Of a stretch of 55,532 nucleotides of DNA, positions 1 through 8,519 are shown piece after piece (positions within the stretch are counted from its first letter, which is position 1; each line of letters opens with the position of its first letter). Location: positions 1 through 55,532 of IMG/VR virus record IMGVR_UViG_3300015241_000005. One strand, written 5' to 3'. A model generated the notes under the pieces. That model was not told where the DNA came from, did not search any database, and saw only the letters and a program-made list of their open reading frames with translations. The DNA is from a virus (lineage: Duplodnaviria > Caudoviricetes). Both the position numbers and the translations under genes were made by a program.

Positions 1-77
1 TACATTATCAAGTTGCTTCTGGACATAGAAAGCGATGTGTCGCCCTTGCATGTCCATTTCGATTCCGTGAATGATAA
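1..77. repeat. Terminal direct repeat (assembly overlap), copy 1
   Basis: Bases 1-77 are identical to 55456-55532. 77 is a common assembler k-mer, and the portal ORF reads through the junction. Confidence 0.97.
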
Positions 78-786
78 TATTACCACGGGTTTTAGCATCG
101 CGTATCATTACGCTATCCGAAAACGGAGTTTGGACATGTTGCCCATCAATTATCTGAGTAGAGAGATTATAGTTCTCATCTACCCGGCAAACCGTTAACG
201 CATCCCCGCCAAGAAATTTAGTTTCTTTATTTTTAAGCGCATTAGTATGGAGGTTTCCCATACCTGTGTAATCGCTTCTGGGACTTTCAGCCCATTGCGC
301 AAAATAAGCTTCAACGTTTTTTACAAAAGCTTTGAAATCCTCATTAACGCCTTCTAATTTCAAAATGTCAATATCCGGAATAGATTGCATTTTTAAACCA
401 TTGCCGATTTCCCATTTGAAAACCTTGCCGACGATCATGCGGACTATATCACTCTTGCCGAACGACTCATAAGCCCTGGCCCGGATGGCCCGATAATCCA
501 TTAACAGATTCTTAGGCGAACCTAATTCTCCCTTGTTCTTTTCGCCGTTGAAAACCGTAGTGAAGATTGGAACATATCCGGTATTGGTGAAAATGCCGTT
601 ATCATACCCCCCTGAAAAAGCCATAGGCGCAGATTGGCGTTGTTCGGAATCGGGCTCAGGGAGATCCTCTGCGGAGATATGTTTGATAACAGTGGGCAGA
701 TTTGATATAGCAACTTCAATTACTTTCTCTGCTGTTACTTCAGTAACGGGCGTTTTTTTACTTGCAAAAAATTCGTTCCAATTCAT
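1..786 (-). CDS. Lambda-like portal protein, N-terminal part (continues across the junction into 55455-54502; about 579 aa in total)
   Basis: Manual translation from ATG 786 is open to base 1 (MNWNEFF...IRARAYE...IGNGLKMQ...GIEMDMQGRHIAFYV) and in frame with ORF 54502..55512. The ORF track missed it. Confidence 0.92.
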   Translation of the reverse strand, partial: MNWNEFFASKKTPVTEVTAEKVIEVAISNLPTVIKHISAEDLPEPDSEQRQSAPMAFSGGYDNGIFTNTGYVPIFTTVFNGEKNKGELGSPKNLLMDYRAIRARAYESFGKSDIVRMIVGKVFKWEIGNGLKMQSIPDIDILKLEGVNEDFKAFVKNVEAYFAQWAESPRSDYTGMGNLHTNALKNKETKFLGGDALTVCRVDENYNLSTQIIDGQHVQTPFSDSVMIRDAKTRGNIIIHGIEMDMQGRHIAFYVQKQLDNV

Positions 787-790
787 AATG

Positions 791-1111
791 CTAAATAAAA
801 GATCGCTTGTCCTGGGCTACCGAGCAGCGGCCATTATAATCGTTGATATATTTATTCTTTTCCAGCCTGAGCAGATAAAGAGCGGTTTTCATTTCATTGA
901 TACTTCGAAAAGCTGTTTTGATCCTAACCTGCCCATCGTCAAGTTCGTAGGATTGAGTGCCTGCAGCGGGACCGCTGAAAGAGTCCAGCATTGAAGTTAA
1001 GAAAACATTCATCAGGTTATCGATGGCCGCAATTTTAGCAAGCATATCGGTTTTACTGGCTATATACCCCGATATCGTATATTCAGACCATGGTAAGCAG
1101 TAAGTGCCCAT
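791..1111 (-). CDS. gpW-like head-tail joining protein
   Basis: Small gene between TerL and portal with a QSYELDDGQ beta-hairpin motif. Start moved to ATG 1111, downstream of the promoter at 1126-1133. Confidence 0.65.
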   Translation of the reverse strand: MGTYCLPWSEYTISGYIASKTDMLAKIAAIDNLMNVFLTSMLDSFSGPAAGTQSYELDDGQVRIKTAFRSINEMKTALYLLRLEKNKYINDYNGRCSVAQDKRSFI

Positions 1112-1125
1112 TGATTTCTTTTTAA

Positions 1126-1133
1126 CAAATATA
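1126..1133 (-). promoter_or_regulatory. Bacteroidota -7 promoter element (TATATTTG) for gpW/portal
   Basis: Exact TAnnTTTG just downstream of a terminator. Confidence 0.55.
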
Positions 1134-1163
1134 GAATATTTTTGAATACAAAGTATTTTAAAT

Positions 1164-1194
1164 AAAAAACGTAGTTCCATTCCTGAAACTACGC
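1164..1194 (-). terminator. Intrinsic terminator after TerL
   Basis: GCGTAGTTTC...GGAACTACGT stem followed by a T run on the minus strand. Confidence 0.65.
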
Positions 1195-1242
1195 TCCCCT
1201 AATCATGAAAACTAAATCCTTCCGAGATCGGGCTAAAGATAA

Positions 1243-3342
1243 TCATTCAGTTACCATAATTACAAATTCTTCCCAAGTTAAATTTTTATATTTCGGATCA
1301 GACTGACGCACCAAGTCAAGATATATCTCAACAGCGGCTAAAACGTACACCCGAACATCCCAAAAGTGATTGACGGAATTTGAGTGCTTTTTCTTCCAAG
1401 CATAACCTAAAATGGTTTCTCCCTCTTTGACGATAATCTTCTGTTCCTGCTCAAATTGCGAGAAATACCCGTTGTAACTATACTTGCCATCGTTCTGCTG
1501 CGGGAAATTCATAAACCCGGATGGCTGAGCCCCATCCTGCCCTTTTTGGAGTGCCATGTTTTCCGAAAGGTCGTCTTTCAACTGGTTTACTTCCAGATTA
1601 TAAAGTTTCTTTGGTTGTTCTGCTGATCGGCGTACTGGTTTTGTATCCCGCTGTATTGGTCGGTATTTCAAATCCGTTCTACCCTTAACTCCATAGACCC
1701 GGTACCCCTGATCCTGCATATTAATGATAAATTGCGTAGCAGATTTCTCGAAAAACCCAGTATCGACAGTAGCAAGGGAGATCTCCCGTTCCAAATCCTC
1801 GCCGGCGTCTGACAAATATCTGGCTTTTATAATCTGTTCATATTCAGGCCATACGCAATTGTTTTCTGCAAGTCCCGTTTCGGGATTCATCCAGACAGAT
1901 CCATGTGTATAAGTCCATTTTTTGCGATTAGGATTTTCCGGATCTGTTTTCTTTTTCTCAAACGCCCGTTTGAAAGTTCCTATGCTGCCCTGGTCGATTG
2001 AATAAGTGGCCCCGGTCTGCGCGTGAGCCACGATTTCATAATCCAAACGGACGTCCTCGTTATCCTTCTCCATCAAACCGCCTAAATCGCAACAAACAGT
2101 CACCAGGATTATTTTACCATTACCGTCAGCTTCGCATGTTTTATCCGGAATTATACCATGGTGATATTCTCCGATATTAGCCATCAAAGCATTGGCCTTT
2201 GGCGAGTCTCCCTGCTCTTCGAAAGGCAAGCCCAGACGGAGATTGATAAACCCCTTCAGCAGAACAACATTTGGCCGCCTGCTCTCTGGATTGGCTTTCA
2301 GCCATTGTTTTACGAGCGCCTCCCATCCTGTAAATCCGATCGGCTGGATGATCGCATTCGTTGAATAGCTTTCATGGTACTCTTCGATAGGCTCGGCGAC
2401 AGTTGGCTGCCATATCCCGTTTAAGTTTCTCTCATGTTTATCTACTTCATGCGTTAATTCTCCGCAGTGCATGCATCTGAAAGCGACGGAACCTTTCGTA
2501 AGTTTGCCCCTGCTATCGGTCGTCCAGACGATACCTGCATACGATTTATCTTCCAGTTCTACTTTCCAATCCATCACCATAAAAGCGCCGCATTTATAGC
2601 ACGGCCAATGCCATTTCTTTTGAGTACCGAGTTGATATTGATCCCAAATATTTGAAGATGCCGAAAATGTAGGTGTAGATATTAGAAAGGATTTTGCAGA
2701 ATCTCCAAAAGAGTTTTGCCGACCCTCGATCAAATCCCGAACGGTACCCTCGCCGCCTACATCCCTGGGTGCGGTATCGAAATCATCAACAAAAGCGTAT
2801 TTAGCGGAAAAGTATCGAAACGAATCAGCTGACCTGGTACCTAATGCTGTTAGCGTGCCTCCAGCATATTCTTTTGAGGCTGCGGTATCGCCTGTTCGTT
2901 GATTTCCTTTTTTGATGGCGTGTGGCCTGATCAGAGAATCTAATTTACTTTCCCGGAGAATTGTATCCAGCCTTTCTTCAATAGTTTTCTTGGCTAAGGT
3001 TAAATCGCCGGCAGTGAAAAGCGTATTATCCGGATCAACTGCTATGATGTAAAGAATACCGGGTATAACTATCCCGGCTGTGGCCCCGATCTGTACAGAT
3101 TTTAAAATTGTGATGTATCTAACTGGGCTGGATTCGTGGAGATGGTTTATCGGTTCTCGCCAATATGGTGTGAAATCATAAGAAAAACGACCTGGATATC
3201 GTGAGGTATTGTCCGGCAAGATCATATTCTGTTCAACCCACGTAGCTGGAAGAGGTTTAACCATGCTATATTTGAAAACATCAGCATTGATCCCTTGCAG
3301 TGTTTCGGCCCAGGCGTTAGCTACTACATCATTCGGCCTCAT
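1243..3342 (-). CDS. terL: Terminase large subunit, lambda gpA family
   Basis: Walker A-like KSVQIGAT, Walker B FVDDFD, ISTPT coupling motif, CxxC pairs, nuclease motifs VDTG and NHFWDVRVY. Confidence 0.95.
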   Translation of the reverse strand: MRPNDVVANAWAETLQGINADVFKYSMVKPLPATWVEQNMILPDNTSRYPGRFSYDFTPYWREPINHLHESSPVRYITILKSVQIGATAGIVIPGILYIIAVDPDNTLFTAGDLTLAKKTIEERLDTILRESKLDSLIRPHAIKKGNQRTGDTAASKEYAGGTLTALGTRSADSFRYFSAKYAFVDDFDTAPRDVGGEGTVRDLIEGRQNSFGDSAKSFLISTPTFSASSNIWDQYQLGTQKKWHWPCYKCGAFMVMDWKVELEDKSYAGIVWTTDSRGKLTKGSVAFRCMHCGELTHEVDKHERNLNGIWQPTVAEPIEEYHESYSTNAIIQPIGFTGWEALVKQWLKANPESRRPNVVLLKGFINLRLGLPFEEQGDSPKANALMANIGEYHHGIIPDKTCEADGNGKIILVTVCCDLGGLMEKDNEDVRLDYEIVAHAQTGATYSIDQGSIGTFKRAFEKKKTDPENPNRKKWTYTHGSVWMNPETGLAENNCVWPEYEQIIKARYLSDAGEDLEREISLATVDTGFFEKSATQFIINMQDQGYRVYGVKGRTDLKYRPIQRDTKPVRRSAEQPKKLYNLEVNQLKDDLSENMALQKGQDGAQPSGFMNFPQQNDGKYSYNGYFSQFEQEQKIIVKEGETILGYAWKKKHSNSVNHFWDVRVYVLAAVEIYLDLVRQSDPKYKNLTWEEFVIMVTE

Positions 3343-4058
3343 ATCTTCTTTTGCCCTCTCGATAGTGTTTCGGAATAATCGTTTACCAGAATTACTATTT
3401 CTTCATCGGCCTGCCTGCCTGCCTCAATGATGGTTTTGCTTAGGATATCTTTTACATTCGCTAAATGCTTAACGTAAAGCACCTGATCAGATCCGGCGAT
3501 AATTGAAATGAACCTTTCTATACTTTTCTCAAAGGATTTGAAGAAAACATCCCCGTGACGCTTTAAAACACCTTTTACCAAATCAACCGGCAATAGATTA
3601 CCCGCCGATTTGTTGAGTTGAAGTACTTTTTGTTGCTTTGCAAGCTCTAAATTCTCTATTTCAAGTCCCTTTTTAACCATATCCTGATCGACACGGCGTT
3701 CATCCCGAGCCGATTGTTCGGCTATTTTGCGTTCAAATACCTTGATTTCTTTAGGTTCAGGTGGTTTTGGGGCCGGTTTTACCGGCTCCGGCTTGGGTGT
3801 GAGAAGCGGTTTTAGCGGTATTTTGGTTGATTTTTTCTCAAATACTTTCGGTTCGGGCAGGTCAAAACCGATTAATGGCTCCATATCGTTTAGCCTCCTG
3901 CGCTGGCTTATGAATGCCAGGTTGATGGCGTTATCTGTATCAATAAATTTCTTATCGCCAGCCACAGGGCTAACCTTTAGCCTGGAAATATAAACATTCA
4001 ATGCCTTTTCGGTTTCTCCGCAGAGTTCAGCAAAAGCTTTTCGGGTTACTTGTGGCAT
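3339..4058 (-). CDS. terS: Terminase small subunit (Nu1-like)
   Basis: Directly upstream of TerL with a 4-nt overlap. N-terminal wHTH-like TRKAFAELCG, Pro-rich linker, coiled coil and GNLLPVD. Start moved to ATG 4058. Confidence 0.8.
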   Translation of the reverse strand: MPQVTRKAFAELCGETEKALNVYISRLKVSPVAGDKKFIDTDNAINLAFISQRRRLNDMEPLIGFDLPEPKVFEKKSTKIPLKPLLTPKPEPVKPAPKPPEPKEIKVFERKIAEQSARDERRVDQDMVKKGLEIENLELAKQQKVLQLNKSAGNLLPVDLVKGVLKRHGDVFFKSFEKSIERFISIIAGSDQVLYVKHLANVKDILSKTIIEAGRQADEEIVILVNDYSETLSRGQKKI

Positions 4059-4059
4059 A

Positions 4060-4263
4060 TCAATATTCGTTATCCGATTGGGTTTCGTGTTTCGGTAATT
4101 TCTGCGCATCGCAAAAATTGAATGTCTTATCGCAGACTGAGCAATTATTCGTATCCCGGATTGTTCCGATTATATATCCGTTCCTGATAGTGCTGGTTGT
4201 AATAACCACAATTCCTTCAGGGCACGAATCACATTCATAGAAAACACTTTTGTGGCTTGCCAT
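4060..4263 (-). CDS. Small zinc-ribbon protein
   Basis: CDSC...CSVC. Tightly packed between the J-domain gene and terS. Confidence 0.6.
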   Translation of the reverse strand: MASHKSVFYECDSCPEGIVVITTSTIRNGYIIGTIRDTNNCSVCDKTFNFCDAQKLPKHETQSDNEY

Positions 4264-4862
4264 TATACGCGATTTAAAGATTCGGCCTTATCGTAAGCCT
4301 GTTTAACAATTCGGAACATATCAATATTTCCGGTTTTAAGATTATCCGGGTGGAACCGTTTAGCTTTATCCCGATATGCCGTTTTTATCTCGTTCGAATC
4401 GGCCCATACGTCGACTTCTAATATTTCCCACCAATATTTAACTGTTTCGGGTGTTTTGTTTTCCAGAGATTTAAAACCGGTAAAGGCGGCTTTCAGCATA
4501 TTTGAAACTTTCCATCTACCGAGTCCACGCATCGCATCAATGCTTTTTTCGATGGCTCGCAGGTTCTCCCAAATATTGTAGTATGCATCGCAAGCTAATA
4601 CCCGTTGCTCTTTATCCCAAATAAAATAAACCGCGACTCCATGATCATTATCGATTGGTTTCTGCCCGGCATACATTTGACCGTCTTTCTTTATCGGAAT
4701 ATTGCTGGAGATGATTACTGATCGGGCACCCAATAAATCGAGTTCTCTTAAAATACCATCTCTGGCTTGCACCAGGGTGCATTTAAAATTCGAATAGGTT
4801 TTCACCTTTGATCGCTCAAAGTGTGCGGGCCAGCAAAGAGGGAAGGCATCTACAGTTTCCAT
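4263..4862 (-). CDS. Phage J-domain (DnaJ-like) protein
   Basis: C-terminal WWEILEV...IKTAYRDKAKRFHPD with intact HPD. N-terminal FPLCWP...GVAVYF...ACD domain seen in phage J-proteins. Confidence 0.85.
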   Translation of the reverse strand: METVDAFPLCWPAHFERSKVKTYSNFKCTLVQARDGILRELDLLGARSVIISSNIPIKKDGQMYAGQKPIDNDHGVAVYFIWDKEQRVLACDAYYNIWENLRAIEKSIDAMRGLGRWKVSNMLKAAFTGFKSLENKTPETVKYWWEILEVDVWADSNEIKTAYRDKAKRFHPDNLKTGNIDMFRIVKQAYDKAESLNRV

Positions 4863-5026
4863 ATTTATAACAATCAGGTTTACAAGGTTACGTAAAAAAT
4901 ATAACAAGTACCAAAAAATTTTTCAGAAAAATAAAATTGTCCGACCCCTGAAAAATTTTTCCAATAAAAAACCCGAGGTGGTATAACAGGGGTCAAATTT
5001 ATGGCGAGCCAAAATAATTTGGCATG

Positions 5027-5068
5027 CGTAACGTATTGCTCTTAAAGCCAAAACGTTTTACAGTACCT
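5027..5068 (-). other. Candidate cosQ/cosN packaging site
   Basis: Minus strand reads AGGTACT, 23 nt ending in G, a 12-mer, then C. Lambda has the same geometry (GGGTCCT, 23 nt, GGGCGGCGACCT). It lies upstream of the terS operon. Confidence 0.4.
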
Positions 5069-6063
5069 TTTATTCAAAATTCCAGCCCACCGTAAAACCA
5101 AAACGTTTTATATCGAAATCATTTCATACCGGCATACTTGAAACGTTAATACAGCCTCTCAGAGACACGATCAGCCGGCCAAACGTATCAATACACCAGA
5201 CAATATACTATAATCGTTTCTACCCACCTCAAATCAAGCCACACAGCCTATCAGGCGTATCCGAACACCTGTCTGAGAGCGTTTAAAGTATCAAAACATA
5301 GGATTTTAAACCTAATCCCCTATGGAACATGGGCATAGAACACCTAACACACTGATAACAAGCTATTTACAACTTCAGAGAAACGCAAGCTATTTCACAT
5401 TAACTAACAGGTAATCAAGCTATTATGCTATTACCAAACACACAAACAGAAAACAGCAGAACACTAAAAAGTTTGCGTTCCATCTCTTAATTAACTCTAC
5501 TACAGCTACTTACTACTATTAAAGATACGGAAACGCTAAAAGTACTATATAATATAAGGGAAAATAATAAATGTAAATTAATAATCGCAGAAGGGAATGG
5601 TTTTGTACGCATATGCGCGTACGCGTGAGCGTGCAGCCCCGCACATATAAGAGACTTTTCTTTGGGTAAAACACCTATTTGCGTGTATGTCGGTATGTAG
5701 ATCTATTGATTATCAAATAGTTATCTATGGGAACGCAATAAAAAGGCGTTTCGAAACCGTTTCCCGATATTATGTAATTAGTTGATTATTAGCTATTTAA
5801 TAAAACTGCCAAAAGGAACGCTAAAATATTTGCGTATCCTTAGCATACCTAACTTATTGATTATCAACAAGTTTTGCGTTTCTTTTAGCCGGCTAAATGC
5901 TCGATTTGAGCCTGGTTTTTGCCCGATTTTATGTTAAAAAGAGACTAAAACCAAAACGTTTTATGTAAAATTGTGTGAAAACCGCTTTGTCACGAATTTG
6001 TAAAACCAAAACGTTTTATAAATTATTTTAAAATAAATTTGGATATAAAACCAAAACGTTTTA
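5048..6063 (+). repeat. Five copies of (TAAAA)CCAAAACGTTTTA, with palindromic core AAAACGTTTT
   Basis: Copies at 5048-5060, 5093-5110, 5946-5963, 6001-6018 and 6046-6063. Confidence 0.9.
5330..5900. promoter_or_regulatory. Non-coding control region with IHF-consensus sites; candidate origin
   Basis: WATCAANNNNTTR matches at 5413-5425 (+), 5711-5723 (+), 5775-5787 (-) and 5850-5862 (-). GAA(A)CGC/GCGTT(T)C repeats occur in both orientations. Alternating purine/pyrimidine tract at 5604-5627. Confidence 0.5.
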
Positions 6064-6069
6064 TATTTG
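6038..6069 (+). promoter_or_regulatory. Early Bacteroidota primary-sigma promoter
   Basis: TTTG (6038-6041), 20 nt, TATATTTG (6062-6069). Confidence 0.8.
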
Positions 6070-6103
6070 TTCTGTCAATAAGGACAAACAAAACTTGCAA
6101 ATC

Positions 6104-6325
6104 ATGAAAGCAGAAAAATTAATATTTAATTCAAGCTACGACGCTGAGAAAATATTGCGTATCAAATATCCCGATTTAAAATGTGTAATGGTTGTTGCAT
6201 TTAGCATATCACACGCATATTATATGAATGATACATTGACTGAAAAAATAGCTGAAACGCGATATACAAATATTAAAAACACTACCTTTTTAGGGGTTAA
6301 GGTTGAATTAATTTATTTTAAATAA
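6104..6325 (+). CDS. Early hypothetical protein
   Basis: ATG within the shared leader AAAACTTGCAAATCATG. First gene after the promoter. Confidence 0.7.
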   Translation: MKAEKLIFNSSYDAEKILRIKYPDLKCVMVVAFSISHAYYMNDTLTEKIAETRYTNIKNTTFLGVKVELIYFK

Positions 6326-6327
6326 TC

Positions 6328-6480
6328 ATGAAAACTACGGATCAATTGCTTATCGAATTAAGCACACTAAAAGCAAAATTTGAAGCTTACCCGGATCGCC
6401 GATCTGGTGATCTATTAAAAGAAAAAATCCGAAATAAAGAAGCTGAGATTATGAAACGTTTATTAAAAGAAACCTTTTAA
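6328..6480 (+). CDS. Small helical hypothetical protein (50 aa)
   Basis: Manual translation MKTTDQLLIELSTLKAKF...KETF. AAATAATC leader; below the ORF-track cutoff. Confidence 0.6.
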   Translation: MKTTDQLLIELSTLKAKFEAYPDRRSGDLLKEKIRNKEAEIMKRLLKETF

Positions 6481-6534
6481 CTTTTTGAATTACTAATTGT
6501 TATATTTATCTAATTAAACAAACACATAGCAGTT

Positions 6535-6843
6535 ATGAAAACTTCACCTATAGAAATAAAATCGTTTATAAAAACATGCAATGCTTTGACTAAGGCATTT
6601 GAAACACCTTACTGGTCAATGGGCGATATATCATTTAAAGAAGAGCTTTGCATTACATTCATTGAAGAGAATAATGTACCCATACCATTGGCTGAAAAAA
6701 TGCTTTATAGAATTGGAATAACAAAGCGCAAAAGTCCTTTTGTTCATCTTTGGCTTAATAAACATATAGAATCAAGCATGGGTATGTTTATCGGTATAAC
6801 AGAATATGGTAATCGTAAACTTGAATTAATAAGAGGATTTTAA
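6535..6843 (+). CDS. Early hypothetical protein
   Basis: 102-aa ORF with an A-rich leader, co-oriented in the operon. Confidence 0.7.
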   Translation: MKTSPIEIKSFIKTCNALTKAFETPYWSMGDISFKEELCITFIEENNVPIPLAEKMLYRIGITKRKSPFVHLWLNKHIESSMGMFIGITEYGNRKLELIRGF

Positions 6844-6878
6844 CCAACCCACTACACAACATTAAAAATCAAAACGAT

Positions 6879-7010
6879 ATGAAAACTTTAAATCTAATCA
6901 AAGAATACGCAATCCCGGTAATAGTTTCTATTATCCTATTAGTCGCCGCAGGCATAGCTATCCACGAAATAGCAAATGGGCACTTCCACTCCGTTGCAGC
7001 GTTCCAATAA
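6879..7010 (+). CDS. Small single-TM membrane protein (43 aa)
   Basis: Manual translation MKTLNLIKEYAIPVIVSIILLVAAGIAIHEIANGHFHSVAAFQ. Confidence 0.65.
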   Translation: MKTLNLIKEYAIPVIVSIILLVAAGIAIHEIANGHFHSVAAFQ

Positions 7011-7014
7011 CAAA

Positions 7015-7066
7015 GGTTAACTGAAGAGCTGTAAATCAGCGAAACGGCTTAATAGCCGTCTTAATC
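7015..7066 (+). ncRNA. Type I hammerhead ribozyme
   Basis: Stem I GGUUAA/UUAAUC; core CUGAAGA; stem II GCUG-UAAAU-CAGC; GAAAC; stem III GGCU-UAAU-AGCC; GUC cleavage triplet at 7058-7060. Intergenic. Confidence 0.93.
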
Positions 7067-7088
7067 AAACATTAAAAACTTGCAAATC

Positions 7089-7403
7089 ATGAAAAATATA
7101 AAAACGTTAGATATCAAAGCCAAAGAATGGTTTGATAAATCAGCTGGAAACAGCTATTTCAGTGCTCAAATCACTATTGATTTTGCTTTAGATTCTGAAA
7201 AGACAATATACGTACCCATCCAATACGGGTACGGAGATCAATATCTTTATGAAGCATTGCGGCAATTGCAAACAGCTGGATTATTAGACGACAAGCCTAT
7301 TTACAGCCCTTCTCGATATTGCAGAGAACACAACATAATACTACGCGCATCTCTTACAGATAAATGCCTTAAAAGCGTTGTAAAACAATGGGGAAACAAT
7401 TAA
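7089..7403 (+). CDS. Early hypothetical protein
   Basis: WFDKSAGNSYFS...QYGYGDQY motifs; shared 17-nt leader. Confidence 0.8.
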   Translation: MKNIKTLDIKAKEWFDKSAGNSYFSAQITIDFALDSEKTIYVPIQYGYGDQYLYEALRQLQTAGLLDDKPIYSPSRYCREHNIILRASLTDKCLKSVVKQWGNN

Positions 7404-7406
7404 ACT

Positions 7407-7628
7407 ATGACTAACTGGCAAATCATATCAGCCGCCCAGCACAACGCTAATCAGGATAAAGCGTACACCCTTTACCTGCAAACAACTACAGAAACACCCA
7501 AAAAGAAACAATCCGAAATCGCGCCCTGCCTATCAGTCAATTACGGTTATGTGAAACAAACTGATCAGGGCATTACCTGGAGACCATTTAAAAGAGACTT
7601 AACAATTTATAAAACTTGCAAATCATGA
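7407..7628 (+). CDS. Early hypothetical protein
   Basis: 73-aa ORF packed between its neighbours, with an ATGA overlap. Confidence 0.6.
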   Translation: MTNWQIISAAQHNANQDKAYTLYLQTTTETPKKKQSEIAPCLSVNYGYVKQTDQGITWRPFKRDLTIYKTCKS

Positions 7629-8209
7629 AAACAATAGAAATTCAATTATTCAAATTCGCTGAATTATCAAGCGAAGCACAACAAAACGCAATACAAAAAG
7701 AGCGTGAATGTATGTACGAGACCGGCGAAGTTTTATATAACTTTTATGAATATTGCGTAGAAAAATTAACGGAATGTGGCTTTGTAAATCCTAAAATCGA
7801 ATATTCGTTATCCTATTCGCAGGGAGACGGACTAAGCTTTTGGGCTGATAGCTATACGATTTTAAATGATATTATTTTACGCACTGTGGGCGTTCACCAC
7901 CCCAAAATTACCGCCTTTTTATCGAACAATTTAGCATTAAAGATAAAGGGTAATAAAGGGCGTTATTGCTTTGCCTCAGAATCGGACATTGAAATGGAAT
8001 TGAGCTTTTACCCAAATAATGTTTGTCCGCAGGTTATTAGCCTTTTAGATAAGATATTAGAAAATATTCAAAGCGTGTATATGGCAACCTGTAAAGCGTT
8101 AGAGAACGACGGCTATGCCGAAATAGAATACCTGCAATCAGATAAAGCTATAATTGAAACCCTGGAAGCTAACGACTACGATTTTACCGCTAACGGTAAA
8201 ATATATTAA
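7625..8209 (+). CDS. Acidic protein of a family often annotated as antitoxin of toxin-antitoxin stability system (function unverified)
   Basis: LFKFAELSSEAQ...YSQGDGLSF...EYLQSDKAIIETLEANDYDFTANG pattern, recognised by eye. Confidence 0.65.
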   Translation: MKTIEIQLFKFAELSSEAQQNAIQKERECMYETGEVLYNFYEYCVEKLTECGFVNPKIEYSLSYSQGDGLSFWADSYTILNDIILRTVGVHHPKITAFLSNNLALKIKGNKGRYCFASESDIEMELSFYPNNVCPQVISLLDKILENIQSVYMATCKALENDGYAEIEYLQSDKAIIETLEANDYDFTANGKIY

Positions 8210-8242
8210 ACAATTTATAAATCACAAAAAAAACTTACGATC

Positions 8243-8437
8243 ATGACAACTACAGAATTAACCGAATTAATTACAGATATTTCTCTGTATGGATATGACT
8301 CTATCCGCGACATTGTGGACTACTCTGAAACAATAGGCGAAGTAGCGAGTTTACTTACCTCTTTCAAAGAGAGTATTGATAAGGCTTTACTAAATCTTGA
8401 TACGCTTAATCACGACGAAGAGTTAATCATTGAATAA
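8243..8437 (+). CDS. Small, highly acidic protein
   Basis: 64 aa, D/E-rich. Variant leader AAAACTTACGATCATG. Confidence 0.7.
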   Translation: MTTTELTELITDISLYGYDSIRDIVDYSETIGEVASLLTSFKESIDKALLNLDTLNHDEELIIE

Positions 8438-8487
8438 TATTGCCTGTAAAGGTTGATTGCAAGTTATCCAATAACAGAGCAATCAGT
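8429..8487 (+). ncRNA. Structured RNA, possible degenerate twister ribozyme
   Basis: P1 AUUGA/UCAGU, L1 AUAA, GC, loop UUGCAAG and GA-GCAA pseudoknot partner. P2 has one mismatch and P4 is weak. Confidence 0.35.
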
Positions 8488-8519
8488 ACCCTGCTTAGCT
8501 CAGCTACAGCGGGGTTTTT
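8488..8519 (+). terminator. Terminator-like hairpin inside the early operon
   Basis: ACCCTGCT-TAGCT-C-AGCTA-C-AGCGGGGT followed by TTTT. Confidence 0.55.

Noticed and set aside
1-77. Terminal repeat as a biological direct terminal repeat
   Set aside because: It is 77 nt long, a typical k-mer, and falls in the middle of the portal gene. It is an assembly overlap of a circular contig.
533-3430. Plus-strand ORFs over portal, gpW and TerL, and similar antisense ORFs across 32-55 kb
   Set aside because: They are shadow frames of well-supported genes on the opposite strand and have no motifs.
8451-8510. Twister-sister ribozyme (UGCAAGU loop, GCAA, GCUCA)
   Set aside because: The motifs occur in a cyclic order incompatible with that fold.
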